Of a stretch of DNA of 64,000 nt, positions 48,801 through 62,760 are shown piece by piece (the stretch's first letter is position 1; each line of letters begins with the position of its first letter). Below the pieces are notes generated by a model. It was not told where the DNA came from and did no database searches. It worked only from the letters and a program-made list of their open reading frames with translations. The position numbers were made by a program, and so were the translations under genes. Source of the DNA: Eledone cirrhosa. Its lineage: Eukaryota. The DNA lies in contig CAXHJY010000096.1 in assembly GCA_964016885.1 (NCBI GenBank), positions 1,240,001 to 1,304,000 on the forward strand, given 5' to 3'.

Positions 48801-51800
48801 ATTTGTAAAAAAAATCAGGGGGAGATAATTTGTAAAAAAAAATCAGGGGTAGATAATTTGTAAAAAATAATCAGGGGGAGATAATTTGTAAAAAAAATCA
48901 AGGGGAGATAATTTCCAGCCGTCCAAGGGGAGATAATTTTCAGCCGTCCAAGGGGAGATAATTTCCCGCCAGCCAAGGGAAGATAATATTTAAAAAAATT
49001 AGGCGGAGATAATTTGTAAAAAAAATCAGGGGGAGATAATTTGTAAAAAAATCAGGGGGAGATAATTTGTAAAAAAAATCAGGGGGAGATAATTTATAAA
49101 AAAAATCAGGGGGAGATAATTTGTAAAAAAAAATCAGGGGGAGATAATTTGTAAAAAAAATCAAGGGGAGATAATTTCCAGCCGTCCAAGGGAAGATAAT
49201 TTCCAGCCCTCCAAGGGGCTATAATTTCCAGCGTCCAAGGGGAGATAATTTCCAGCCAGCGAAGGGGAGATAATTTTTTTTAAAAAATCATTGGGAGATT
49301 TGTAAAAAAAATCAGGGGGAGATAATTTGTAAAAAAAATCAAGGGGAGATAATTTCCAGCCGTCCAAGGGGAGGTAATATCTAGCCGTCCAAGGGGAGAT
49401 AATTTCCAGCCGTCCAAGGGGAGATAATTTCCAGCCGTCCAAGGGTAGATAATATCCAGCCGTCCAAGGACATATTTTCCAGCCGTCCAAGGAGAGGTAA
49501 TTTCTAGCCGTCCAAGAGGAGATAAATTCCAGCCTCCAAGGTGAGATAATTTCCAGCCAGCCAAGGGGAGATAATTTGTAAAAAAATCAGGGGGAGATAA
49601 TTTGTAAAAAAAATCAGGGGGAGATAATTTGTAAAAAAAAATCAGGGGGAGATAATTTGTAAAAAAAAATCAGGGGGAGATAATTTGTAAAAAAAAATCA
49701 GGGGGAGATAATTTGTAAAAAAATCAAGGGGAGATAATTTCCAGCCGTCCAAGGGGAGATAATTTTCAGCCGTCCAAGGGGAGATAATTTCCCGCCAGCC
49801 AAGGGAAGATAATATTTGAAAAAATCAGGCGGAGATAATTTGTAAAAAAAATCAGGGGGAGATAATTTGTAAAAAAATCAGGGGGAGATAATTTGTAAAA
49901 AAAAAATCAGGGGGAGATAATTTGTAAAAAGAATCAGGGGGAGATAATTTGTAAAAAAAAATCAGGGGTAGATAAATTGTAAAAAAAAATCAGGGGGAGA
50001 TAATTTGTAAAAAAAATCAGGGGGAGATAATTTGTAAAAAAAATGAAAGGGGAGATAATATCCAGCCGTCCAAGGGGAGATAATTTCCAGCCGTCCAAGG
50101 GGAGATAATTTCCAGCCGTCCAAGGGGAGATAATTTCCATCCTTCCAAGGGGATATAATTTCCAGCCGTCCAAGGGGAGATAATTTCCCGCCAGCCAAGG
50201 GAAGATAATTTTTAAAAAAATCAGGCGGAGATTGTAAAAAAAATCAGGGGGGAGATAATTTGTAAAAAAATCAGGGGGAGATAATTTGTAAAAAAAAATC
50301 AGGGGGAGATAATTTGTAAAAAATAATCAGGGGGAGATAATTTGTAAAAAAAAATCAAGGGGAGATAATTTCCAGCCGTCCAAGGGGAGATAATTTCCCG
50401 CCAGCCAAGGGAAGATAATATTTAAAAAAATTAGGCGGAGATAATTTGTAAAAAAAATCAGGGGGAGATAATTTGTAAAAAAATCAGGGGGAGATAATTT
50501 GTAAAAAAAATCAGGGGGAGATAATTTGTAAAAAAATTCATGGGGAGATAATTTGTAAAAAAAAATCAGGGGTAGATAATTTGTAAAAAAAAATCAGGGG
50601 GAGATAATTTGTAAAAAAAAATCAGGGGGAGATAATTTGTAAAAAAAATCAAGGGGAGATAATTTCCAGCCGTCCAAGGGGAGATAATTTTCAGCCGTCC
50701 AAGGAGAGGTAATTTCTAGCCGTCCAAGGGGAGATAATTTCCAGCCGTCCAAGGGGAGGTAATTTCCAGCCGTCCAAGGGGAGATAATTTTAAAAAAAAA
50801 ATCAGGCGGAGATAATTTGTAAAAAAAATCAAGGGGAGATAATTTGCAGCCGTCCAAGGGGAGATAATTTTCAGTCGTCCAAGGAGAGGTAATTTCTAGC
50901 CGTCCAAGGGGAGATAATTGCCAGCCGTCCAAGGGGAGATAATTTCCAGCCGTCCAAGGGGAGATAATTTTTTTTAAAAAATCAGGCGGAGATAATTTGT
51001 AAAAAAAATCAGGGGGAGATAATTTGTAAACAAAATCAGGGGGAGATAATTTGTAAAAAAAAATCAGGGGGAGATAATTTGTAAAAAAAATCATGGAGAG
51101 ATAATTTCCAGCCGTCCAAGGTGAGATAATTTCCAGCCGTCCAAGGAGACATATTTTCCAGCCGTCCAAGGCGAGGTAATTTCTAGCCGTCCAAGGGGAG
51201 ATAAATTCCAGCCTCCAAGGGGAGATAATTTCCAGCCAGCCAAGTGGAGATAATTTGTAAAAAAATCAGGGGGAGATAATTTGTAAAAAATATCAGGGAG
51301 ATAATTTGTAAAAAAAAATCAGGGGAAATAATTTGTAAAAAAAATCAGGGGGAGATAATTTGTAAAAAAAAATCAGGGGGAGATAATTTGTAAAAAAAAT
51401 CAAGGGGAGATAATTTCCAGCCGTCCAAGGGGAGATAATTTTCAGCCGTCCAAGGGGAGATAATTTCCCGCCAGCCAAGGGAAGATAATATTTAAAAAAA
51501 TCAGGCGGAGATAATTTGTAAAAAAAATCAGGGGGAGATAATTTCCAGCCGTCCAAGGGGAGATAATTTTCAGCCGTCCAAGGAGAGGTAATTTCTAGCC
51601 GTCCAAGGGGAGATAATTTCCAGCCGTCCAAGGGGAGGTAATTTCCAGCCGTCCAAGGGAAGATAATTTTAAAAAAAATCAAGGGGAGATAATTTGCAGC
51701 CGTCCAAGGGGAGATAATTTTCAGTCGTCCAAGGAGAGGTAATTTCTAGCCGTCCAAGGGGAGATAATTTCCAGCCGTCCAAGGGGAGATAATTTCCAGC

Positions 51801-51943
51801 CGTCCAAGGGGAGATAATTTTTTTTTAAAAATCAGGCGGAGATAATTTGTAAAAAAAATCAGGGGGAGATAATTTGTAAACAAAATCAGGGGGAGATAAT
51901 TTGTAAAAAAAAATCAGGGGGAGATAATTTGTAAAAAAAATTA
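45883..51943 (+). repeat. Deleted HOR unit, 6061 bp
   Basis: Marker at 45883 and 51944. Lacks the ~905 bp equivalent to 44550-45454 (junction ~51531-51545) plus one A monomer near 51670. Confidence 0.88.
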
Positions 51944-54900
51944 GGCGTAGATAATTTGTAAAAAAAAATCAGGGGGAGATAATTTGTAAAAAAAAATCAG
52001 GGGGAGATAATTTGTTTAAAAAATCAAGGGGAGATAATTTGCAGCCGTCCAAGGGGAGATAATTTTCAGCCGTCCAAGGAGAGGTAATTTCTAGCCGTTC
52101 AAGGGGAGATAATTTCCAGCCGTCCAAGGGGAGATAATTTCCAGCCGTCCAAGGGGAGATAATTTTTTTTAAAAAATCAGGCGGAGATAATTTGTAAAAA
52201 AAAATCAGGGGGAGATAATTCGTAAAAAAAAATCAGGGGGAGATAATTTGTAAAAAAAAATCAGGGGGAGATAATTTGTAAAAAAAATCAAGGGGAGATA
52301 ATTTCCAGCCGTCCAAGGGGAGGTAATATCTAGCCGTCCAAGGGGAGATAATTTCCAGCCGTCCAAGGGGAGATAATTTCCAGCCGTCCAAGGGGAGATA
52401 ATTTCCAGCCGTCCAAGGAGACATATTTTCCAGCCGTCCAAGGCGAGGTAATTTCTAGCCGTCCAAGGGGAGATTAATTCCAGCCTCCAAGGGGAGATAA
52501 TTTCCAGCCAGCCAAGGGGAGATAATTTGTAAAAAAATCAGGGGGAGATAATTTGTAAAAAATATCAGGGAGATAATTTGTAAAAAAAAATCAGGGGGAG
52601 ATAATTTGTAAAAAAAATCAGGGGGAGATAATTTGTAAAAAAAAATCAGGGGGAGATAATTTGTAAAAAAAATCAAGGGGAGATAATTTCCAGCCGTCCA
52701 AGGGGAGATAATTTTCAGCCGTCCAAGGAGAGGTAATTTCTAACCGTCCGAGGAGAGATAATTTCCAGCCGTCCAAGGGGAGATAATTTCCAGCCGTCCA
52801 AGGGGAGATAATTTCCAGCCGTCCAAGGAGACATATTTTCCAGCCGTCCAAGGAGAGGTAATTTCTAGCCGTCCAAGGGGAGATAAATTCCAGCCTCCAA
52901 GGGGAGATAATTTCCAGCCAGCCAAGGGGAGATAATTTGTAAAAAAATCAGGGGGAGATAATTTGCAAAAAAAATCAGGGGGAGATAATTTGTAAAAAAA
53001 ATCAGGGGGAGATAATTTGTAAAAAATAATCAGGGGGAGATAATTTCCAGCCCTCCAAGGGGCTATAATTTCCAGTGTCCAAGGGGAGATAATTTCCAGC
53101 CAGCGAAGGGGAGATAATATTTTTTTAAAAATCATTGGGAGATTTGTAAAAAAAATCAGGGGGAGATAATTTGTAAAAAAAATCAAGGGGAGATAATTTC
53201 CAGCCGTCCAAGGGGAGGTAATATCTAGCCGTCCAAGGGTAGATAATTTCCAGCCGTCCAACGGGAGATAATTTCCAGCCGTCCAAGGGTAGATAATATC
53301 CAGCCGCCCAAGGACATATTTTCCAGCCGTCCAAGGAGAGGTAATTTCTAGCCGTCCAAGGGGAGATAATTTCCAGCCGTCCAAGGGTAGATAATATCCA
53401 GCCGTCCAAGGACATATTTTCCAGCCGTCCAAGGAGAGGTAATTTCTAGCCGTCCAAGGGGAGATAAATTCCAGCCTCCAAGGGGAGATAATTTCCAGCC
53501 AGCCAAGGGGAGATAATTTGTAAAAAAATCAGGGGGAGATAATTTGTAAAAAAAATCAGGGGGAGATAATTTGTAAAAAAAAATCAGGGGGAGATAATTT
53601 GTAAAAAAAAATCAGGGTGAGATAATTTGCAAAAAAAATCAGGGGGAGATAATTTGTAAAAAAAAATCAGGGGTAGATAATTTGTAAAAAAAAATCAGGG
53701 GGAGATAATTTGTAAAAAAAAATCAGGGGGAGATAATTTGTAAAAAAAATCAAGGGGAGATAATTTCCAGCCGTCCAAGGAGAGATAATTTAAAAAAAAA
53801 TCAGGCGGAGATAATTTGTAAAAAAAAATCAGGGGGAGATAATTTGTAAAAAAAATCAGGGGGAGATAATTTGTAAAAAAAAATCAGGGGTAGATAATTT
53901 GTAAAAAAAAATCAGGGGGAGATAATTTGTAAAAAAAAATCAGGAGGAGATAATTTGTAAAAAAAATCACGGGGAGATAATTTCCAGCCGTCCAAGGAGA
54001 GATAATTTAAAAAAAAATCAGGCGGAGATAATTTGTAAAAAAAAATCAGGGGGAGATAATTTGTAAAAAAAAATCAGGGGGAGATAATTTGTAAAAAAAA
54101 TCAAGGGGAGATAATTTCCAGCCGTCCAAGGGGAGATAATTTTCAGCCGTCCAAGGGGAGATAATTTCCCGCCAGCCAAGGGAAGATAATATTCAAAAAA
54201 ATCAGGCGGAGATAATTTGTAAAAAAAATCAGGGGGAGATAATTTGTAAAAAAATCAGGGGGAGATAATTTGTAAAAAAAAAAATCAGGGGGAGATAATT
54301 TGTAAAAAAAATCAGGGGGAGATAATTTGTAAAAAAAATCAGGGGTAGATAATTTGTAAAAAAAAATCAGGGGGAGATAATTTGTAAAAAAAAATCAGGG
54401 GGAGATAATTTGTAAAAAAAATGAAAGGGGAGATAATATCCAGCCGTCCAAGGGGAGATAATTTCCAGCCGTCCAAGGGGAGATAATTTCCAGCCGTCCA
54501 AGGGGAGATAATTTCCATCCTTCCAAGGGGATATAATTTCCAGCCGTCCAAGGGGAGATAATTTCCATCCTTCCAAGAGGATATAATTTCCAGCCGTCCA
54601 AGGGGAGATAATTTTCAGCCGTCCAAGGAGAGGTAATTTCTAGCCGTCCAAGGAGAGATAATTTCCAGCCGTCCAAGGGGAGATAATTTCCAGCCGTCCA
54701 AGGGGAGATAATTTCCAGCCGTCCAAGGAGACATATTTTCCAGCCGTCCAAGGAGAGGTAATTCCTAGCCGTCCAAGGGGAGATAAATTCCAGCCTCCAA
54801 GGGGAGATAATTTCCAGCCAGCCAAGGGGAGATAATTTGTAAAAAAAATCAGGGGGAGATAATTTGTAAAAAAAATCAGGGGGAGATAATTTGTAAAAAA

Positions 54901-57900
54901 AAATCAGGGGTAGATAATTTGTAAAAAATAATCAGGGGGAGATAATTTGTAAAAAAAATCAAGGGGAGATAATTTCCAGCCGTCCAAGGGGAGATAATTT
55001 TCAGCCGTCCAAGGGGAGATAATTTCCCGCCAGCCAAGGGAAGATAATATTTAAAAAAATTAGGCGGAGATAATTTGTAAAAAAAATCAGGGGGAGATAA
55101 TTTGTAAAAAAATCAGGGGGAGATAATTTGTAAAAAAAATCAGGGGGAGATAATTTGTAAAAAAAATCAGGGGGAGATAATTTGTAAAAAAAAATCAGGG
55201 GGAGATAATTTGTAAAAAAAATCAAGGGGAGATAATTTCCAGCCGTCCAAGGGAAGATAATTTCCAGCCCTCCAAGGGGCTATAATTTCCAGCGTCCAAG
55301 GGGAGATAATTTCCAGCCAGCGAAGGGGAGATAATTTTTTTTAAAAAATCATTGGGAGATTTGTAAAAAAAATCAGGGGGAGATAATTTGTAAAAAAAAT
55401 CAAGGGGAGATAATTTCCAGCCGTCCAAGGGGAGGTAATATCTAGCCGTCCAAGGGGAGATAATTTCCAGCCGTCCAAGGGGAGATAATTTCCAGCCGTC
55501 CAAGGGTAGATAATATCCAGCCGTCCAAGGACATATTTTCCAGCCGTCCAAGGAGAGGTAATTTCTAGCCGTCCAAGGGGAGATAAATTCCAGCCTCCAA
55601 GGTGAGATAATTTCCAGCCAGCCAAGGGGAGATAATTTGTAAAAAAATCAGGGGGAGATAATTTGTAAAAAAAATCAGGGGGAGATAATTTGTAAAAAAA
55701 AATCAGGGGGAGATAATTTGTAAAAAAAAATCAGGGGGAGATAATTTGTAAAAAAAAATCAGGGGGAGATAATTTGTAAAAAAATCAAGGGGAGATAATT
55801 TCCAGCCGTCCAAGGGGAGATAATTTTCAGCCGTCCAAGGGGAGATAATTTCCCGCCAGCCAAGGGAAGATAATATTTGAAAAAATCAGGCGGAGATAAT
55901 TTGTAAAAAAAATCAGGGGGAGATAATTTGTAAAAAAATCAGGGGGAGATAATTTGTAAAAAAAATCAGGGGGAGATAATTTGTAAAAAAAATGAAAGGG
56001 GAGATAATATCCAGCCGTCCAAGGGGAGATAATTTCCAGCCGTCCAAGGGGAGATAATTTCCAGCCGTCCAAGGGGAGATAATTTCCATCCTTCCAAGGG
56101 GATATAATTTCCAGCCGTCCAAGGGGAGATAATTTCCCGCCAGCCAAGGGAAGATAATTTTTAAAAAAATCAGGCGGAGATTGTAAAAAAAATCAGGGGG
56201 GAGATAATTTGTAAAAAAATCAGGGGGAGATAATTTGTAAAAAAAAATCAGGGGGAGATAATTTGTAAAAAATAATCAGGGGGAGATAATTTGTAAAAAA
56301 AAATCAAGGGGAGATAATTTCCAGCCGTCCAAGGGGAGATAATTTCCCGCCAGCCAAGGGAAGATAATATTTAAAAAAATTAGGCGGAGATAATTTGTAA
56401 AAAAAATCAGGGGGAGATAATTTGTAAAAAAATCAGGGGGAGATAATTTGTAAAAAAAATCAGGGGGAGATAATTTGTAAAAAAATTCATGGGGAGATAA
56501 TTTGTAAAAAAAAATCAGGGGTAGATAATTTGTAAAAAAAAATCAGGGGGAGATAATTTGTAAAAAAAAATCAGGGGGAGATAATTTGTAAAAAAAATCA
56601 TGGAGAGATAATTTCCAGCCGTCCAAGGTGAGATAATTTCCAGCCGTCCAAGGAGACATATTTTCCAGCCGTCCAAGGCGAGGTAATTTCTAGCCGTCCA
56701 AGGGGAGATAAATTCCAGCCTCCAAGGGGAGATAATTTCCAGCCAGCCAAGTGGAGATAATTTGTAAAAAAATCAGGGGGAGATAATTTGTAAAAAATAT
56801 CAGGGAGATAATTTGTAAAAAAAAATCAGGGGGAGATAATTTGTAAAAAAAATCAGGGGGAGATAATTTGTAAAAAAAAATCAGGGGGAGATAATTTGTA
56901 AAAAAAATCAAGGGGAGATAATTTCCAGCCGTCCAAGGGGAGATAATTTTCAGCCGTCCAAGGGGAGATAATTTCCCGCCAGCCAAGGGAAGATAATATT
57001 TAAAAAAATCAGGCGGAGATAATTTGTAAAAAAAATCAGGGGGAGATAATTTGTAAAAAAATCAGGGGGAGATAATTTGTAAAAAAAAAATCAGGGGGAG
57101 ATAATTTGTAAAAAAAATCAGGGGGAGATAATTTGTAAAAAAAAATCAGGGGTAGATAATTTGTAAACAAAAATCAGGGGGAGATAATTTGTAAAAAAAA
57201 ATCAGGGGGATATAATTTGTAAAAAAAATGAAAGGGGAGATAATATCCAGCCGTCCAAGGGGAGATAATTTCCAGCCGTCCAAGGGGATATAATTTCCAG
57301 CCGTCCAAGGGGAGATAATTTCCATCCTTCCAAGGGGATATAATTTCCAGCCGTCCAAGGGGAGATAATTTCCCGCCAGCCAAGGGAAGATAATTTTTAA
57401 AAAAATCAGGCGGAGATTGTAAAAAAAATCAGGGGGGAGATAATTTGTAAAAAAATCAGGGGGAGATAATTTGTAAAAAATAATCAGGGGGAGATAATTT
57501 GTAAAAAAATTCAAGGGGAGATAATTTCCAGCCGTCCAAGGGGAGATAATTTCCCGCCAGCCAAGGGAAGATAATTTGTAAAAAAAATCAGGGGGAGATA
57601 ATTTGTAAAAAAATCAGGGGGAGATAATTTGTAAAAAAAATCAGGGGGAGATAATTTGTAAAAAAAATCATGGGGAGATAATTTGTAAAAAAAAATCAGG
57701 GGTAGATAATTTGTAAAAAAAAATCAGGGGGAGATAATTTGTAAAAAAAAATCAGGGGGAGATAATTTGTAAAAAAAATCAAGGGGAGATAATATCCAGC
57801 CGTCCAAGGAGAGATAATTTAAAAAAAAAATGAGGCGGAGATAATTTGTAAAAAAAAAATCAGGGGGAGTTAATTTGTAAAAAAAAATGAGGGGGAGATA

Positions 57901-58358
57901 ATTTGTAAAAAAATCAAGGGGAGATAATTTCCAGCCGTCCAAGGGGAGATAATTTTCAGCCGTCCAAGGAGAGGTAATTTCTAGCCGTCCAAGGGGAGAT
58001 AATTTCCAGCCGTCCAAGGGGAGGTAATTTCCAGCCGTCCAAGGGGAGATAATTTTTAAAAAAAAATCAGGCGGAGATAATTTGTAAAAAAAATCAAGGG
58101 GAGATAATTTGCAGCCGTCCAAGGGGAGATAATTTTCAGTCGTCCAAGGAGAGGTAATTTCTAGCCGTCCAAGGGGAGATAATTTCCAGCCGTCCAAGGG
58201 GAGATAATTTCCAGCCGTCCAAGGGGAGATAATTTTTTTTAAAAAATCAGGCGGAGATAATTTGTAAAAAAAATCAGGGGGAGATAATTTGTAAACAAAA
58301 TCAGGGGGAGATAATTTGTAAAAAAAAATCAGGGGGAGATAATTTGTAAAAAAAATTA
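51944..58358 (+). repeat. Deleted HOR unit, 6415 bp
   Basis: Marker at 51944 and 58359. Lacks ~440 bp at ~56590 (equivalent to ~50650-51090) and several A monomers near 55940 and 57570. Confidence 0.85.
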
Positions 58359-59899
58359 GGCGTAGATAATTTGTAAAAAAAAATCAGGGGGAGATAATTT
58401 GTAAAAAAAAATCAGGGGGAGATAATTTGTTTAAAAAATCAAGGGGAGATAATTTGCAGCCGTCCAAGGGGAGATAATTTTCAGCCGTCCAAGGAGAGGT
58501 AATTTCTAGCCGTTCAAGGGGAGATAATTTCCAGCCGTCCAAGGGGAGATAATTTCCAGCCGTCCAAGGGGAGATAATTTTTTTTTAAAAATCAGGCGGA
58601 GATAATTTGTAAAAAAAAATCAGGGGGAGATAATTCGTAAAAAAAAATCAGGGGGAGATAATTTGTAAAAAAAAATCAGGGGGAGATAATTTGTAAAAAA
58701 AATCAAGGGGAGATAATTTCCAGCCGTCCAAGGGGAGGTAATATCTAGCCGTCCAAGGGGAGATAATTTCCAGCCGTCCAAGGGGAGATAATTTCCAGCC
58801 GTCCAAGGGGAGATAATTTCCAGCCGTCCAAGGAGACATATTTTCCAGCCGTCCAAGGCGAGGTAATTTCTAGCCGTCCAAGGGGAGATTAATTCCAGCC
58901 TCCAAGGGGAGATAATTTCCAGCCAGCCAAGGGGAGATAATTTGTAAAAAAATCAGGGGGAGATAATTTGTAAAAAATATCAGGGAGATAATTTGTAAAA
59001 AAAAATCAGGGGGAGATAATTTGTAAAAAAAATCAGGGGGAGATAATTTGTAAAAAAAAATCAGGGGGAGATAATTTGTAAAAAAAATCAAGGGGAGATA
59101 ATTTCCAGCCGTCCAAGGGGAGATAATTTTCAGCCGTCCAAGGAGAGGTAATTTCTAACCGTCCGAGGAGAGATAATTTCCAGCCGTCCAAGGGGAGATA
59201 ATTTCCAGCCGTCCAAGGGGAGATAATTTCCAGCCGTCCAAGGAGACATATTTTCCAGCCGTCCAAGGAGAGGTAATTTCTAGCCGTCCAAGGGGAGATA
59301 AATTCCAGCCTCCAAGGGGAGATAATTTCCAGCCAGCCAAGGGGAGATAATTTGTAAAAAAATCAGGGGGAGATAATTTGCAAAAGAAATCAGGGGGAGA
59401 TAATTTGTAAAAAAAATCAGGGGGAGATAATTTGTAAAAAATAATCAGGGGGAGATAATTTCCAGCCGTCCAAGGGAAGATAATTTCCAGCCCTCCAAGG
59501 GGCTATAATTTCCAGTGTCCAAGGGGAGATAATTTCCAGCCAGAGAAGGGGAGATAATTTTTTTTAAAAAATCATTGGGAGATTTGTAAAAAAAATCAGG
59601 GGGAGATAATTTGCAAAAAAAATCAGGGGGAGATAATTTGTAAAAAAAAATCAGGGGTAGATAATTTGTAAAAAAAAATCAGGGGGAGATAATTTGTAAA
59701 AAAAAATCAGGGGGAGATAATTTGTAAAAAAAATCAAGGGGAGATAATTTCCAGCCGTCCAAGGAGAGATAATTTTAAAAAAAATCAGGCGGAGATAATT
59801 TGTAAAAAAAAATCAGGGGGAGATAATTTGTAAAAAAAATCAGGGGGAGATAATTTGTAAAAAAAAATCAGGGGGAGATAATTTGTAAAAAAAAATCAG

Positions 59900-62760
59900 G
59901 GGGAGATAATTTGTAAAAAAAAATCAGGGGGAGATAATTTGTAAAAAAAATCAAGGGGAGATAATTTCCAGCCGTCCAAGGAGAGATAATTTTAAAAAAA
60001 ATCAGGCGGAGATAATTTGTAAAAAAAAATTAGGGGGAGATAATTTGTAAAAAAAAATCAGGGGGAGATAATTTGTAAAAAAAATCAAGGGGAGATAATT
60101 TCCAGCCGTCCAAGGGGAGATAATTTCCCGCCAGCCAAGGGAAGATAATATTCAAAAAAATCAGGCGGAGATAATTTGTAAAAAAAATCAGGGGGAGATA
60201 ATTTGTAAAAAAATCAGGGGGAGATAATTTGTAAAAAAAAAAATCAGGGGGAGATAATTTGTAAAAAAAATCAGGGGGAGATAATTTGTAAAAAAAAATC
60301 AGGGGTAGATAATTTGTAAAAAAAAATCAGGGGGAGATAATTTGTAAAAAAAAATCAGGGGCAGATAATTTGTAAAAAAAATGAAAGGGGAGATAATATC
60401 CAGCCGTCCAAGGGGAGATAATTTCCAGCCGTCCAAGGGGAGATAATTTCCAGCCGTCCAAGGGGAGAAAATTTCCATCCTTCCAAGGGGATATAATTTC
60501 CAGCCGGCCAAGGGGAGATAATTTCCATCCTTCCAAGGGGATATAATTTCCAGCCGTCCAAGGGGAGATAATTTTCAGCCGTCCAAGGAGAGGTAATTTC
60601 TAGCCGTCCAAGGAGAGATAATTTCCAGCCGTCCAAGGGGAGATAATTTCCAGCCGTCCAAGGGGAGATAATTTCCAGCCGTCCAAGGAGACATATTTTC
60701 CAGCCGTCCAAGGGGAGATAATTTTCAGCCGTCCAAGGGGAGATAATTTCCCACCAGCCAAGGGAAGATAATATTTAAAAAAATTAGGCGGAGATAATTT
60801 GTAAAAAAAATCAGGGGGAGATAATTTGTAAAAAAATCAGGGGGAGATAATTTGTAAAAAAAATCAGGGGGAGATAATTTGTAAAAAAAATCAGGGGGAG
60901 ATAATTTGTAAAAAAAAATCAGGGGTAGATAATTTGTAAAAAAAAATCAGGGGGAGATAATTTGTAAAAAAAAATCAGGGGGAGATAATTTGTAAAAAAA
61001 ATCAAGGGGAGATAATTTCCAGCCGTCCAAGGAGAGATAATTTAAAAAAAAATCAGGCGGAGATAATTTGTAAAAAAAAATCAGGGGGAGATAATTTGTA
61101 AAAAAAAATCAGGGGGAGATAATTTGTAAAAAAATCAAGGGGAGATAATTTCCAGCCGTCCAAGGGGAGATAATTTTCAGCCGTCCAAGGGGAGATAATT
61201 TCCCGCCAGCCAAGGGAAGATAATATTCAAAAAAATCAGGCGGAGATAATTTGTAAAAAAAATCAGGGGGAGATAATTTGTAAAAAAATCAGGGGGAGAT
61301 AATTTGTAAAAAAAAAAATCAGGGGGAGATAATTTGTAAAAAAAATCAGGGGGAGATAATTTGTAAAAAAAAATCAGGGGTAGATAATTTGTAAAAAAAA
61401 ATCAGGGGGAGATAATTTGTAAAAAAAAATCAGGGGGAGATAATTTGTAAAAAAAATGAAAGGGGAGATAATATCCAGCCGTCCAAGGGGAGATAATTTC
61501 CAGCCGTCCAAGGAGAGATAATTTCCAGCCGTCCAAGGGGAGATAATTTCCATCCTTCCAAGGGGATATAATTTCCAGCCGTCCAAGGGGAGATAATTTC
61601 CATCCTTCCAAGGGGATATAATTTCCAGCCGTCCAAGGGGAGATAATTTTCAGCCGTCCAAGGAGAGGTAATTTCTAGCCGTCCAAGGAGAGATAATTTC
61701 CAGCCGTCCAAGGGGAGATAATTTCCAGCCGTCCAAGGGGAGATAATTTCCAGCCGTCCAAGGAGACATATTTTCCAGCCGTCCAAGGAGAGGTAATTCC
61801 TAGCCGTCCAAGGGGAGATAAATTCCAGCCTCCAAGGGGAGATAATTTCCAGCCAGCCAAGGGGAGATAATTTGTAAAAAAAATCAGGGGGAGATAATTT
61901 GTAAAAAAAATCAGGGGGAGATAATTTGTAAAAAAAAATCAGGGGGAGATAATTTGTAAAAAAAATCAAGGGGAGATAATTTCCAGCCGTCCAAGGGGAG
62001 ATAATTTTCAGCCGTCCAAGGGGAGATAATTTCCCGCCAGCCAAGGGAAGATAATATTCAAAAAAATCAGGCGGAGATAATTTGTAAAAAAAATCAGGGG
62101 GAGATAATTTGTAAAAAAATCAGGGGGAGATAATTTGTAAAAAAAAAAATCAGGGGGAGATAATTTGTAAAAAAAATCAGGGGGAGATAATTTGTAAAAA
62201 AAAATCAGTGGTAGATAATTTGTAAAAAAAAATCAGGGGGAGATAATTTGTAAAAAAAAATCAGGGGGAGATAATTTGTAAAAAAAATGAAAGGGGAGAT
62301 AATATCCAGCCGTCCAAGGGGAGATAATTTCCAGCCGTCCAAGGGGAGATAATTTCCAGCCGTCCAAGGGGAGATAATTTCCATCCTTCCAAGGGGATAT
62401 AATTTCCAGCCGTCCAAGGGGAGATAATTTCCATCCTTCCAAGGGGATATAATTTCCAGCCGTCCAAGGGGAGATAATTTTCAGCCGTCCAAGGAGAGGT
62501 AATTTCTAGCCGTCCAAGGAGAGATAATTTCCAGCCGTCCAAGGGGAGATAATTTCCAGCCGTCCAAGGGGAGATAATTTCCAGCCGTCCAAGGAGACAT
62601 ATTTTCCAGCCGTCCAAGGAGAGGTAATTCCTAGCCGTCCAAGGGGAGATAAATTCCAGCCTCCAAGGGGAGATAATTTCCAGCCAGCCAAGGGGAGATA
62701 ATTTGTAAAAAAAATCAGGGGGAGATAATTTGTAAAAAAATCAGGGGGAGATAATTTGTA
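59900..62760 (+). repeat. Local triplication of the long-B-run sub-block at short spacing (1075 and 831 bp)
   Basis: ORF starts 60299, 61374 and 62205 mark the same block, which elsewhere recurs at 2.7-7 kb spacing. Boundaries are approximate. Confidence 0.8.
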
